NCBI RefSeq assembly: GCF_000181795.1
Contig: NW_003526943.1
Span: forward strand, 2,427,666-2,491,665
Direction of reading: 5' to 3'
Source: Trichinella spiralis
Lineage: Eukaryota
DNA: 64,000 bases
In this document: in pieces, positions 11,972 through 24,567 of the stretch
How the letters are laid out: each line of letters opens with the position of its first letter
Position numbering within the stretch: position 1 is the stretch's first letter
The notes under the pieces: model-generated
Database searches by the model: none
Seen by the model: the letters and a program-made list of their open reading frames with translations, nothing else
Told to the model about the DNA's origin: nothing
Position numbers and translations under genes: made by a program

Positions 11972-14090
11972 ATTTTGTACTTTCTACTAGCACCTAAATG
12001 TAAAATTTACAGAAGAAAAATAAAAACAACATTTCAATTTAAACATGCGATGGAGGTAATATATTGAAAGTTGTCGCGATCATTAATTATTTATTATTCG
12101 GAATTTTTCGATTGAAAAAAAATATTTTTCATATTCTTTTCAAAAATCATAACAACGTCAAAAATTAAAATATCACAGGCGCCAATAAAATTGAAAATAT
12201 AAACTTATCTGTCACTATGAAACTAACCTTACTTTTCATTAACAAATCAATACTACCATACTGTAGAATCGATGTGAAAATCAAATCGATCACTTTTACC
12301 GTGCATAATTTTATAACAATCGAAGCATTCTACAAGTGGGAAATTTGTACGACAATTATCATTAACAATAGTAATATTTGAACATACTTACTGATCATAA
12401 GATATTACAAGATTTGATTTAAATTTAAAATACATTACCTGAAACTTATATGGATAAAACAATATTTCAATAACAAACACGATAAGGTAATTCAAAAATC
12501 TTTATGAATTTTAATATACTTTTACTATTTACAATTCCCTTCATAAAGTGTAGAAATTCTATAAACCTTTACAACCTCACATGTATATTTGCCTTAGAAA
12601 ATTAAAAAAAAAATCAGCTAGTGCGGCATTTTTGAAAACAATTTACAAAAATACATTGTAAAAGAATCAACGGCTCAAAAATATGAAACTGGATTTCTTT
12701 AATAAAATATGTAGAAGAGGTAGCATAAATAGAACAGGTTACACAAATAAACGTCACTGAAATTAAAATGCAAACACACAATTCACTAAGTAAATAAATT
12801 TTCATTGCCACATTTTATAAAGTGAAAAATAACTGGATTCAACATGTCATTTCACTGAATAGTAACTACGTCACCCAGCAAACATCACGACAACAAAATC
12901 GTTCGAATAACCTCGACATAATTAAGCATAACCATCATTTATAGCCATTCTTGAAAAAAAACAGAATAAAATGAAACAAAATAATGCTTACAGTAGCGCG
13001 GGTATTTTGCGTAAACGTAACGTCAGCTCGCACAAACCTACCACACATTATTAAGACAAAACAGTAATTTATATAAATTTTTTTCAGGCAGCATTTCAGT
13101 GACACAATTAAATTTTCACCATATACTAAACAGATCCTCTGGCTATTAAATCATGCGTCAGCAGTACCACAAAACAAATGACATGTAAGAACAATTTACA
13201 ATAATTAACAAACAGATATAAAATATTCATAAAATGAATTTTATGAAAGTTTAGCATTAATAAATAAAAAACAAACATATATAAATGCAAAATTAACGGT
13301 AATCAGTGCCTAACATTATGATTATTATTATTCATATTATTAAAAGCATAACATTACCAAGTAAGTTTCAAAATAATTGTTTTTAAGATTATACCCAATT
13401 TTTTTAATATACAAAATTAATTTAGCAAAAATAGATAAAAAGAAACAAAAAATTAGTACATCTTATATAAAAATCAAGTTTAATTTTATGAATGAGTAAC
13501 CTATAAAGGTTTTTAATTCAACTGTAAATATTATAATACTTATCTCAAACAAAACTGAATTTATAATTAATTTACAAAATTTATTTATTACAATCAATGT
13601 GACCTTAATACAATAAAATTAACAAAATTTAGCCGAATTTTATTTAACTGACAGTAATGTGAAATTTTCAAAATTAAAGTTTTGAAGTTACTTCATTGCA
13701 ATTTATGAATTACAAATTCAAATAAATCATTAGCATAAATCAATTTTGGATATAAAACAAAGTTATGATGAAAATAAGGAAAAGTATTACGATAGTGGAT
13801 GCAGTAATAAAAACTGAAAAATTATATTTTAATTAAATTGCACTAAGATATTTAAATTATTAAATAATATTAATTAATCGTACTATATTCAACTTTTTTC
13901 ATTATTATTAACACTGTCTCAACAAATATTTATTTTTCATTCAAGGATGCAGCGTGGTAGCATAGTACAGTATGAATATTGTGTGACTAATCGTACTTGA
14001 ATGTATTTAATAGATAATTTTGGACAGCGTGTTTTCAGTTATTCGTTTACAACTGAGTTCTTCGTTGGGACCTGTATATAAATATCAAAA

Positions 14091-17000
14091 ATGACTGCAA
14101 GTGAACAGATGCGCAAGATGCTCGATGAATTAATGGGCACAAGTCGTGACGGTAAGCTGCTTTGTGTCTTTGTTGAAATGACGTCTTCCTTGTTCTGTAT
14201 GCTTTTGAAATATTTAATACTGAAATTTTAGTTTTTAAAATATTTTTTGTACACTTTAATGCTTTTATAATTATGTTATAGGTGATGGAGGTAAAAATAC
14301 ACTTCCGTTTACTGACACTAGAGTTTGTCGGAGCTATTTGTTAAACTGCTGCCCGCACGAAGTCTTAGCAAATACAGTAAGTTTCATTTTTTTGTTGGGC
14401 GCTGATCTTTTTACATGTTGTAGGTTGTGGTAATGTAATGTATAATTCAAAGTAAATTTATTAATGTACATAAAAATGTTGAATATTTTTCAGAGAATGG
14501 ACATGGGAATGTGTAGTAGAGTACACGATCCTGCTTTACGAGCAGATTATGAGAAAGCTTCAACCGAGAGGGACTATTTCTACGATGTTGATGTGAGATG
14601 AGTTTTGGTTTTTTTTAGTTTCTGACATAATGATTTGTGATTTTATTAGGCTTTGGATCATTTGGAAAGATTTTTTCGTGATTGTGATAGACGGATGGAA
14701 GGTGCGAAAAAGCGCTTAGCTGAAACTCAAGAGGAATTAACGGAAGATTTGGCTGAAAAAGGGAACAAAGTGTTAGAATTTAATGAACAAATTGGTATCA
14801 CTTTGGCAGAAGCGGAAAAACTTGGAGAAGAAGGAAAAGTGGAAGAAAGTTTAAAACTTATGGAAAAAGTAGAAGAGCTGCGAAAATTGAAACAGGAAGC
14901 AGATGTATGTTTTTGTAATAATTTTGTTCGCTTGGGTATGTGTGATTATACTGTGCACTAATTTTAGTCAGTATTTCGTTCTTCAATGCCACCAAGCAGT
15001 TACCAGCAACAGAAATTGCGCGTTTGTGAAGTGTGTAGTGCATATTTGGGTATACATGATAATGATCGGCGGCTTGCAGACCATTTTGGTGGAAAATTGC
15101 ATATGGGATTTGTTTTTTTACGTGAAAAGTATGCTGCTCTTCAGGTACGTTTTTTCTAACAGAAATGCCAGTTGAACAGAGTTTTTATTTAGTTTTAATG
15201 AGCAAGGATTTATTATTTTTAATAATATTTTTAAAAACCTGATATTTTATTGGTGAGTTGTAACGCAGTTGCTTTCATTGGTTGATATTTTATGTGATGC
15301 GGTTTGTTTGTTTAGAAAATGGTGAAAGATCGTCGTGCAGAGCGTTGTAATTCTGACAGGCGAAATAACGATCGTTCATACCATGATTATCGTTCTAGTT
15401 CAAATTATACAAACAGAGATAGGGACTCAAGAAGGTAAAGTGAACGAGCGCATTCTTGTTGTGGTGCAGTGCCAGTTCTGTGTTAATTTCTTTATTTTAT
15501 TATGTTTTTAGATCCAGAAGTCGAAGTCGTGATCATCGGTCAATTGATGGCCGTAGGTACGTATAATACCATTGCATGGAATTTTTTATAGTTGATTTAT
15601 GAGAATTGTCGATTGATTAGTAATGTAGTAGTTATGTTGCCACGCTGTGCATTTTTAAGTCTGATTTTACCACAGTCAGTCGACGAGAATCAGTTTATCT
15701 ACCTTCTTTATATCATCGTATGATTGGAGACAGGTATTTTTTGAATGTGCCTTTGCAGAACGATTATTCGGGTACGTATTTTTTTGGATGCACAGCTCTT
15801 TGAGTAAGTACATTTTTGCTGGATTGGTATTGCTGCAAGCAGAACATTGGATTGGATGGTTGTAAATGTAATGCAGTACCGCTTTTATTTTGATGGGCAA
15901 TTCTTTTCTTTGCTTAATTTATTACAGTAAGCCTTTCTGAAGCAACTTTTTTTGTTGAAAAGCACCGTTTTACTTTGATCATATCATTAAATAGTAAATT
16001 TAAGAAAATGTGAGGAATATTTCATACGTGAGGCAGTGTTTCTGCATGAAATGAATATTAGCATGCAAAATAGAAATTGGATTAAAGCTTTAATTTCTAT
16101 TTTTTACTCAGCATTTCAAATATCATTCTTTTTTTTAAACATTTTTTGCTAAATAGTTTGTTTTCTCTCTGTTGGGGTTTCATGCACAGGTAGTTAGCTG
16201 TGAGGTAGTTGCACTTTTTTAATCATATTTCAGACCCAAGAGCTCAGAACTAAAAATTGATACAGATAAATGGAAAGTGAAATGAGATAGATCATCATTA
16301 TGAGTATGGATTGTTTTTATTATAAAAAAATTTTGTCTTCTTTTAAATCAAAGTCTGAAGAAAACTTGGGAGCGATTTAGTTATATGGCTTGAAATAAAT
16401 CGTAAGTAACATACTGATATCAAGAGTACTCTCATAAATAATATGCAAAATTGTTGTCAAAAATGACAAATGAAATGAACAACTGTGTACATGCTTACTG
16501 TGATGTTGTTGTTGATGATGATGATGATGATAATGGTGAAAAGTGAATTGGTAAGAAATTGTGATTGATGACGATGGCATTTGTGTCGATGTTGATGTTT
16601 AAATGTTTTAAAGGCATTTAAATAAGTGCTTTTGCGACAATTTAGTTGAAATATTTCGTTGATTATTTAAGAGTTGATTTACATGCATTTATAAATTTTT
16701 TATCATCTCCGTTTAAACGTTGGTCATTATGCCGAAAAATATTTTATTACATCAATGTAGAAAAATGTCCGTATCGGAATCGGTAAGCGAAACAGATGCA
16801 GTATGATTTTATTTCTGCATCTAAAAACGAATCAGTTTCCATCTGCTTTCATTTATAAACATCAATTTTGGAAAAAAATAATGGAATTATTTATATTAAA
16901 ATAAATTAATAATGTTTCTCTTATTTTTCTTGCAGACGAGACCGTGGAAGTCGTTTTTACGATGAATGTCGAAGTAGTAGTCATCGTAGTCGTTGTAGTC

Positions 17001-17092
17001 GATCACGTAGCAACGATAGAAATCGAGGCAGTCGTCGTTCCAATGAGGAACGTTCAAGAAGTCGTGACTACAAAAGTCGCAAACACGAATGA
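14091..17092 (+). CDS. LUC7L: LUC7-like U1 snRNP-associated splicing factor (LUC7L/LUC7L2 type), two zinc fingers plus RS tail, about 8 constitutive exons
   Basis: Start MTASEQMRKMLDELMGTSRDG, ZnF1 'VCRSYLLNCCPHEVLANT/RMDMGMCSRVH', coiled coil 'AKKRLAETQEE', ZnF2 'KLRVCEVCSAYLGIHDNDRRLADHFGGKLH'. RS-rich last exon 16936-17092 (RDRGSR...RSRSRDYKSRKHE*). Confidence 0.93.
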
Positions 17093-18699
17093 ACATCTTG
17101 AACAAACAAAAGAACACAAAAAAACGAAAGCAATAATATTGATAAGAAGATTTTCATATTTGGTTTATTGTTGCATGTGTTGCTAGAAGTAATGTGGAAC
17201 ATAATGATAATGTTGTAGGCAAATCGGCATCAGATAACATCTTTTGGTTTGTGCACAATTTCCAAGGCTTCGTATTGTATTTTTTATTTTATTTCATTTC
17301 ATATTTACTGTTTTACAACGTTCTTATTATATAAATGTTTGGTAAATTGAAAATGAATTTATTGATTATTGATATGGTTTATATTTCAGTGGATGATACA
17401 AGTCGCACTGCTTCTTCAGATAAGCGCTAGCAAACTTTGCTGAAAGTATGTCGCATGCATTTTTATAACATTATAAAAAATTTACTCGTTTGTTTATTTA
17501 TTTTTGGATAAATATTGTGTTTTGAATTTATTTACTTTTTTGTAAAAGTGAATAAGAATATAAATGCAATCCAGAATTATTAAGCAGTTTTCTTAAATTA
17601 AAAATGATTTTTAATATGGAAGTATTGTTTTAAAAATTTATAATTTGATAATTATAAGTGTTCCACTGAAATTCACATTTCATCAAGTGTTATGCAGTAT
17701 GTAGTAAAAGCTCTTTTCTAAATGTTTTATCAAACGTGTTTAAAACAATTTATTCTTTGCTTATAACAGGTTTATTATGTGCGTTTGTAAAAGGTGTATG
17801 AATTTGAAAACATACTTTAAATTAAAACTTAAAATTTGCTTGTTTCATGGCGCCATTTAAATATAAATATCATGAAAATTGCAATTTGGAAATATTCTAA
17901 AAGTAAAGTATTAACGTGCAAACAGAAATACATAAATACAAAATACAATTTTAAATACATAAAAATTATGCATTATGAAAGAAGTAATATTTTAAAAAAT
18001 ATTTTTTTAATATTTTGCCTGATCTACATTTTGAATCTTTGAATGTAATAAACATTTATAATAAAACAATGTATATCTTTTGCTGTGTATTACAGGAGTT
18101 CCACTATTTTGACAATAGTTGTGTGCAGTTTTTCTTAATTTGCATCGTGTTAAATTTGGACGTATTTGATTGCAACAGTTGGTTATATTTGCTTTATATT
18201 TTGTGGTATGTGGTGAATCTCAGTTTTAAATTTACGATATTTCTTAGCAGATCTCCATTCAAACCAGTCAGTCAGTGCATGCATATCTGTGAAAGAACAT
18301 TCAGGCAAGTTATTTTGATGCTTTTCAGATTATTGATATTGGTATTTTTCGTTAAACAGTAGTTGGCTTAAATGTAAGTGTTCTTTTTTCTATAGTTTGA
18401 ATTTTTATTTTTTTAAACTTTATCATCGTCTGTAAAATATTAAAAAATTTTAAACTGTAAAAAAGTTACGTTTTTTATTTATTGCGAATGCAGGTGACTT
18501 GTAAACTTTGTAAAACTTTTGATTTGCAAGTTATTTCGAACTTCAGTTCTGTGATATCGACATCTTAATTTGAACGGCTGACTTGGAGGAGTTCCTCGTC
18601 ATCAACCATCAGAGTAGAACAAGCAGCTATTTACCCCCTAAGATGCCCACTGTTAGATGAGGCTGAAAATTTAAAACGAGTGTGATGTTGGTAACATCT

Positions 18700-19576
18700 G
18701 TGGTGATTTTTGACTGATTGCTTTGGCTCCTCAGAGGAAACAAGTCGAACAGGAAAATGCAGTGCAATTTCATGCAGAGCTGCAGACATAAATACACATT
18801 CATACATAAAAACTGCAAAATTTTATGCGAATCTTCTGAGCAGAAATCATGTTTTTTAATATTGACGAATAACTTTGTAAAAGTTGATTTGATTTCAATT
18901 AATGGCAAATGTCTGATGGAGTAAGCAGTGAAGAAGAAATTCAAATAAAATTAGCTGAAAAAAAGAATTAAGATTCAAATGTCCATTAAAAATATTTACT
19001 GAACGTTTGCTCAGTGATAATACTTTCTGATTGCTGGAATTGATAATTTCCTGAACATCTTGCACAGGAAATTGTTTTCCTGTCTTAGCATTTGAACCAG
19101 CTGCTTCACAACTGATACATAAGTGATGGAGGTTGGTTCACTTTTTAAATCTGTCAAACCAGCTGACTCTGATGGCCGTAAAATTTTCAGATCCACTTTC
19201 TTATTGAATATAACTGAAGAGACTTTTTGTCTTTTCCATAATTAGCATCTGGCTTAGGTGTACGCACCATTGCATTTAATCATTTACCCACGTACTTAGC
19301 CTTCTTTCTCCTTCTTAAATAGATGAGTTTATGAACTGCAATTGCTTATGTTGTTGAAGAATTCTTAGATTGTGCTTTAGATGCGGAAGATTTGAAGTTA
19401 TCCGCCTTTTTAATAATTGTCCTTATCGTGGACATTACTGAATGAAGAGTATCACCCACATCGACTTGACACTCGCCAGTTTCCAATCAACGTGATATTT
19501 GTTGTTTTATATCTATAAGAATGCCATTCCTTTGCCATCTTGAGCTGTCATCACTTGCACATTTCCTTTTTGACAT
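18700..19576 (-). mobile_element. Decayed Tigger/pogo (CENP-B-like) DNA transposase relic, internally deleted
   Basis: Minus strand reads MSKRKC...GILIDIKQQISR*LETGECQVDVGDTLHSVMSTIRTIIKKAD (psq-type HTH), then MLIMEKTKSLF...FTAIRVSWFDRFKK*TNLHHLCISCEAAGS...KQFP (CENP-B HTH, consensus 'GWFDRFKKR...GEAASA'). It has in-frame stops and no recognisable DDE domain. Boundaries are approximate. Confidence 0.8.
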
Positions 19577-20679
19577 AATGGACAGAACGAACCAAAAATA
19601 AATGAAAAAAAAATATATGTATAACCAAACAAAACACAAGAACTCGAAACGAATCACCCTGAATAAACTTGCTAATTGATTGAATGAATGTATCACGTTG
19701 AATTGGCACGAGAGTTGCCGATGAGACTGTTATTATTAAAAAGCTATTTTTACTCCTATTAAAGAAAGTTGAATATTCACCGTTTGGCTTCAAATGCAGA
19801 ATAAACTTTGCAATTCAGTATTTCAGTTTGTAAAGCAGAAGAATGTTCAAATTGTACAAATTTTATATCAAATTTATTTTTGCTAAAATCAGTCAAAATT
19901 GGTTTTTCTTATCAAAATATTTACACTGCTAAGCAAAATTTTATGAAATTTATCTGATCAAAACCTGCTTTTCAATTTTACTGTATTAAACGCTGCTGCA
20001 TGCCTTGTACAGAAGCGCTTCAATGAAAATTGCTTGCATCATTAGGAATACATTTATATTTTTTATAAAAATTATACTATTTATGAGATATTTTTATATT
20101 ACATGTAAATATGGCGATTAATTTCTATTATTCCAAAAAGTTGTCAATGTTAATATTAGCTGAGAGAAGATTAAAAAATTTTGCTATCCAGGTAATTATT
20201 GATTTAATTATTGATTAATTGAAAATTTTTTCAAACAATGTGTTAAAATTTTTATTGTTTTTTTGTACCTTTAGAAAAATTAGTAGGTCATTACGGTATT
20301 TGAATATTATACCTGTATGCCATTAATAATTCAGCGCGAACAGCAAACATACTGTATTTTAAAGTAAAGTCGTAGTTTAATTAGATTGCAAAGTTTTTAT
20401 CTGATGCGTCAGATTCTCCTGTTATTTTCTCGTTTAAGAGCTGAAAGCTGATACGTTCTTTATTTCCGTTCAATTTTTTGTTAGCGATAAGGTAATTTAC
20501 ATGGTATTTATTTGATTGTATACAAATTTTAAGATGATTTTGTAAATTGAAGGTGAATAATTGTTTTATCCAAAAATATTCTGCTTTTTTTAGTATTCAG
20601 AATTTTATACATAATTTTTTTTGATAACACTGTTGTTTGAATTCGATTAGTTCACTATTTTTCCTTTTATTTCGTCAGA

Positions 20680-23570
20680 ATGAGTCGTATTCCCAAAGCG
20701 GTTTCAACGGGAATTGTCAAAGACCACTCCAATGATACAAAATTGAGTGAAAAGTCGTTAATTGCAACCCCTGCTAAATCGGTTTTGACCTCGAAAACGA
20801 AAGCGGTGAATCCTCCCAGAAAAGCATTGCCAACTGCTGTGCGGAAGTATGTTTTTCACGTATATTTTTATGCATTTGGGAACGTTTGTATTTTTATTTA
20901 ACAAATATTCTGTAGAAATTGGGTGCATTTTAATTTCGAATTGAATTGGAACATTTTTCTGAGTGTGATTTTTGAATTTTGTCAATGACAAACTGTAAAA
21001 GTGGTAGTTTGCATAGATTTCTGTACGTTAAGTGTAAAAAAGTAGGACATTTGTTGAATAGATGATTTTTTTTTATTTAAGCAGTTTGGTTGGGTACTGA
21101 TAAGAATGTTATTAATTTAAAATCGAATGCAAGCATCTGTGAGATTGTTTTCAGTTTTCATTTCTGATTGATTGATCGATTACTAATTGATATGATAAAA
21201 AAAAAGTACAATTAGAAAAAGATTATATAGTGATATTGTATAATTTACTTTATAAGCTTTTTATAAAAGGTGAAAAATGATGCTTTTAAAAAATAGGTTA
21301 ATTGATGTGATATGTTTTTATTTCAGAGTAGAAAGCAAGCCGTCATGCAACAGTTTAGGTGTAAGCAGAAAAATAGCTGAAGAGAAAGAACCTTCTGGTA
21401 TATGAAAAGCAAAACAATGCAAATGTTCAATTTAATATTAGATATTTTGTTTGCAGTGAAGAAGAAACGACCGAAATGGGATTACAAAGGCCGCATAGAT
21501 GATATGGAAGAAATGTTTCGAAAAAAAGAGATGGAATATACAACTTTGCAACGTGATGTGGAAATGTTGAAAGATAAGAACAACTTGTTGCAAGTGAAAG
21601 CAGCGACTGATGGCGAAGAACATCTTGCTGAATTGAATCGTCAGAAAGCATTTTTTGAAGCTGAATTGGAGAAGTCGAAATTAACAATACAAACTTTGGA
21701 ATCGAGCGTGAGTCAGTTGGCCTCAGCCCAAGTGTGCATCAAAGCGGACAAAGAGGCGTTGCAGGTGATGATAAAGAAAGATTTTAAATTTCATATAATA
21801 AATTTTTATTTGTTTGTTTGTTTTCAGGCGAAGGTGGATCTTTTGTCGAGTGAGAAGTTGAATTTGGAACAAGAATTGCAAGCTTGTCGTAGGCAGTGTG
21901 AATTTTTGCAAGCGGAATTGTCGAAAGCCAACGATACTATTCGTCTCGATGAAATGGAGCGTCGCAAGTTGCACAATTCTCTCATAGAATTGAAAGTCAG
22001 TTTTGAATATTTATTCTTTTTTTGTTTCTTTTCAAATAATTTTTATTTTCAAAAATAGGGAAATATACGGGTATTTTGCCGTGTGAGACCGTTGCTTGCG
22101 CACGAAAAATTGCCCGGAATGGACGACACTGGGATGATGATGTCGAATTTTATTCATTTTCCTGATCGAGATAAAAAGCAAATAGAAATAGTATATGAGA
22201 TATTTTAATTTGTACTTATTATTTATGTTCTGAAGTGATAATGTTGTATTTTAGAAAAATTTGTCCACGAATGCTATGGCTACTCCGAAATCTGGAAGCA
22301 TGTTGTTTGAATTTGATCGAGTGTTCGATCCGAGTGCAACTCAAGCTGAAGTATTTGAAGAAATTTCCCAACTTGTTCAAGTAAATAATTATTATAATAA
22401 TTTAATTTGTACCACGAATAAAATAAATTGATAATTTCCTATCAAGAGTGCACTGGACGGTTACAACGTTTGCATTTTTGCTTACGGTCAAACTGGTAGT
22501 GGTAAAACGTATACAATGGAAGGGCCGGAAAATGATGAAAATTGCGCCGGCATGATCACACTGGCCATGCGTCAAGTGTTCCAGTGTGCCGCGGACTTGC
22601 AAACTCTCGGATGGACGGTTTGTTGAAATGGTACTTTTTGTCGAACACAAATTATTCATTGGAAATTTTGTAGTACAAATTTCAAGCCAGCTTTGTCGAA
22701 ATATACAACGAAAGCTTGCGCGATTTGTTGTTGGTCAACAACAACAACAACAATGATTCAGCTTCGTTAAATGGAGGAAATTTGGAAATCAAGCTGGTGG
22801 CATCGAGTATCCGGCCAAGCGCGACGACCAAGCAAGAAGTCACCGTGCCGGGATTGACCGTCGAAGATGTGGTCAGTGTTGATCAGGTGAATATGGATGA
22901 ATTTGCATATTATTTCAATATTCGATGGTGAATTTGAATAAATATGCAAATAACTGCATGTTTATTGCAAGGTTGAACGATTGTTGAAATTGGCCCGCAA
23001 AAATCGTGCTGTGGGTGCAACGAAGTGCAACGAGCGCAGTTCCCGCAGTCATTCGGTATTTCGGCTGCACATCCGGAGCAGCAACGAGTCGTCAGGAGTC
23101 TCTTGTGAGGGAAGTTTGAATTTGGTCGATCTCGCCGGTTCGGAACGTTTGAAAGAAAGCTGCGTTGAAGGCAAACGTCTCGAAGAGACGAAAAACATCA
23201 ACCGCAGTTTATCCTGCTTGGGACAAGTATTCCAATCACTAGCCAAAAAGGTACATTTGAATTATTTAAATTTTTATGTTCACGTTTGTTTTTTCGTTTG
23301 AGGACAATCACATCCCGTACAGGAACAGTCGTTTGACTTATTTATTGCAAAATTCGTTGGGTGGAAATAGCAAAACGTTGATGTTCGTCAATATCAGTCC
23401 AAAGGAAGATCACTGTCACGAGACGATCAATTCTTTAAGATTCGCCACAATGGTAATAATTGTCGATGATCACTTGGTTCATTGGTCATATTTTATGCAA
23501 ATTTTTTATTGATTAATTTCAGGTCAATCAGTGCAATATTGGAACGGCGACGAAAAAAATTGCAATTTAA
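20680..23570 (+). CDS. KIFC1: Kinesin-14 C-terminal motor (KIFC1/HSET/Ncd-like), multi-exon
   Basis: Basic N-terminal tail, '[10 protein letters not shown]', coiled coil, neck '[24 protein letters not shown]', P-loop '[15 protein letters not shown]', 'NERSSRSH', 'LVDLAGSER', '[23 protein letters not shown]'. TAA at 23568-23570. Confidence 0.95.
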
Positions 23571-24438
23571 CAATTTCACATTACAATATATATATTTTTT
23601 TTTCTTACTCTCCCTCATAAATGTAATGTTGTTTTACAAATATTATAAATTAATAATAATAATCGATCATTTTGTTTTCAAAATGAAACTTTTCATTTTT
23701 GCTATTTGCATTGTGTGTGATTTATTTGGTTGTCATTTTACTATTTTAAAATACAACGAGTTGATCATTTGAAAGGTAAGCTTATTTTTTAAAAATATCA
23801 TTATTCAAAAATAAATATTTTTATCTTCACTTTTTTCTTCATTTTTGTTTGTTTGTTTGTTTGCAATGAATGTTTACAAAATTTGTGTGATAGAGATCTA
23901 TCAGAAGATTTTTGAATAAAATTATCAAAGGTTATTTCTGATTAGCTAGTCGAATTTGAACGCAGACAGACGGACAGCTTCATATCAGTGGCGCTCGAAG
24001 CGATTCTTGCTGATTGCAATCATTGGTTTGTTGGTAGACGACGAACAACAACAACAATCTGGCGTAGTGTGCAACTAGCAGGCAAGCCCCTATACGTATA
24101 TATATGTATACATTTATGTATGCATGTATTTATATCAAGTGATCTTCATACGATCTGGAACACATTTCATCACAACATATCGACGATTTTGTTGCTATTG
24201 TTTATGAAGGTTTGATTGTTATTTTTTTTCTTTTTTGCATTTCACCTTTTCACTGTTTGCCAATCAACAGCATAATTCAACTTGATATTCGTTTCAATTT
24301 TTATTATACTTTTGAACAACAAACACTCTGATCAACGTTGTGTCTACTTTTACAAAAATTATGCTTATATAATTGCAATTTTTCTTAATAATAATAATAA
24401 TAATTCTTTCGAACATCAGATTGTTCGACATCAACGTT

Positions 24439-24567
24439 TTGAAATAGTCATTCATTTCCTCGTTACAGTAACCACGAGGAAGATGTTGGTTTTCAATTTG
24501 CATATGATAGCATTTCCTAATCATTGCTCGTTTGCAAATGATTGATCAAGAGAAAGCATAGACAGTT
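24439..24567 (+). ncRNA. Candidate box H/ACA snoRNA
   Basis: Hairpin 1 (TTGAAA/TTTCAA lower stem, TTCCTCG/CGAGGAA upper stem), hinge with ANANNA 'ATATGA' at 24502-24507, hairpin 2 (AATCATT-GC/GC-A-AATGATT), and ACA at 24562-24564. Length is about 129 nt. Folded by eye only. Confidence 0.4.

Noticed and set aside
18480..19730. Terminal inverted repeats for the Tigger relic
   Set aside because: CAG-initiated candidate ends at ~18491 and ~19728 do not match each other convincingly.
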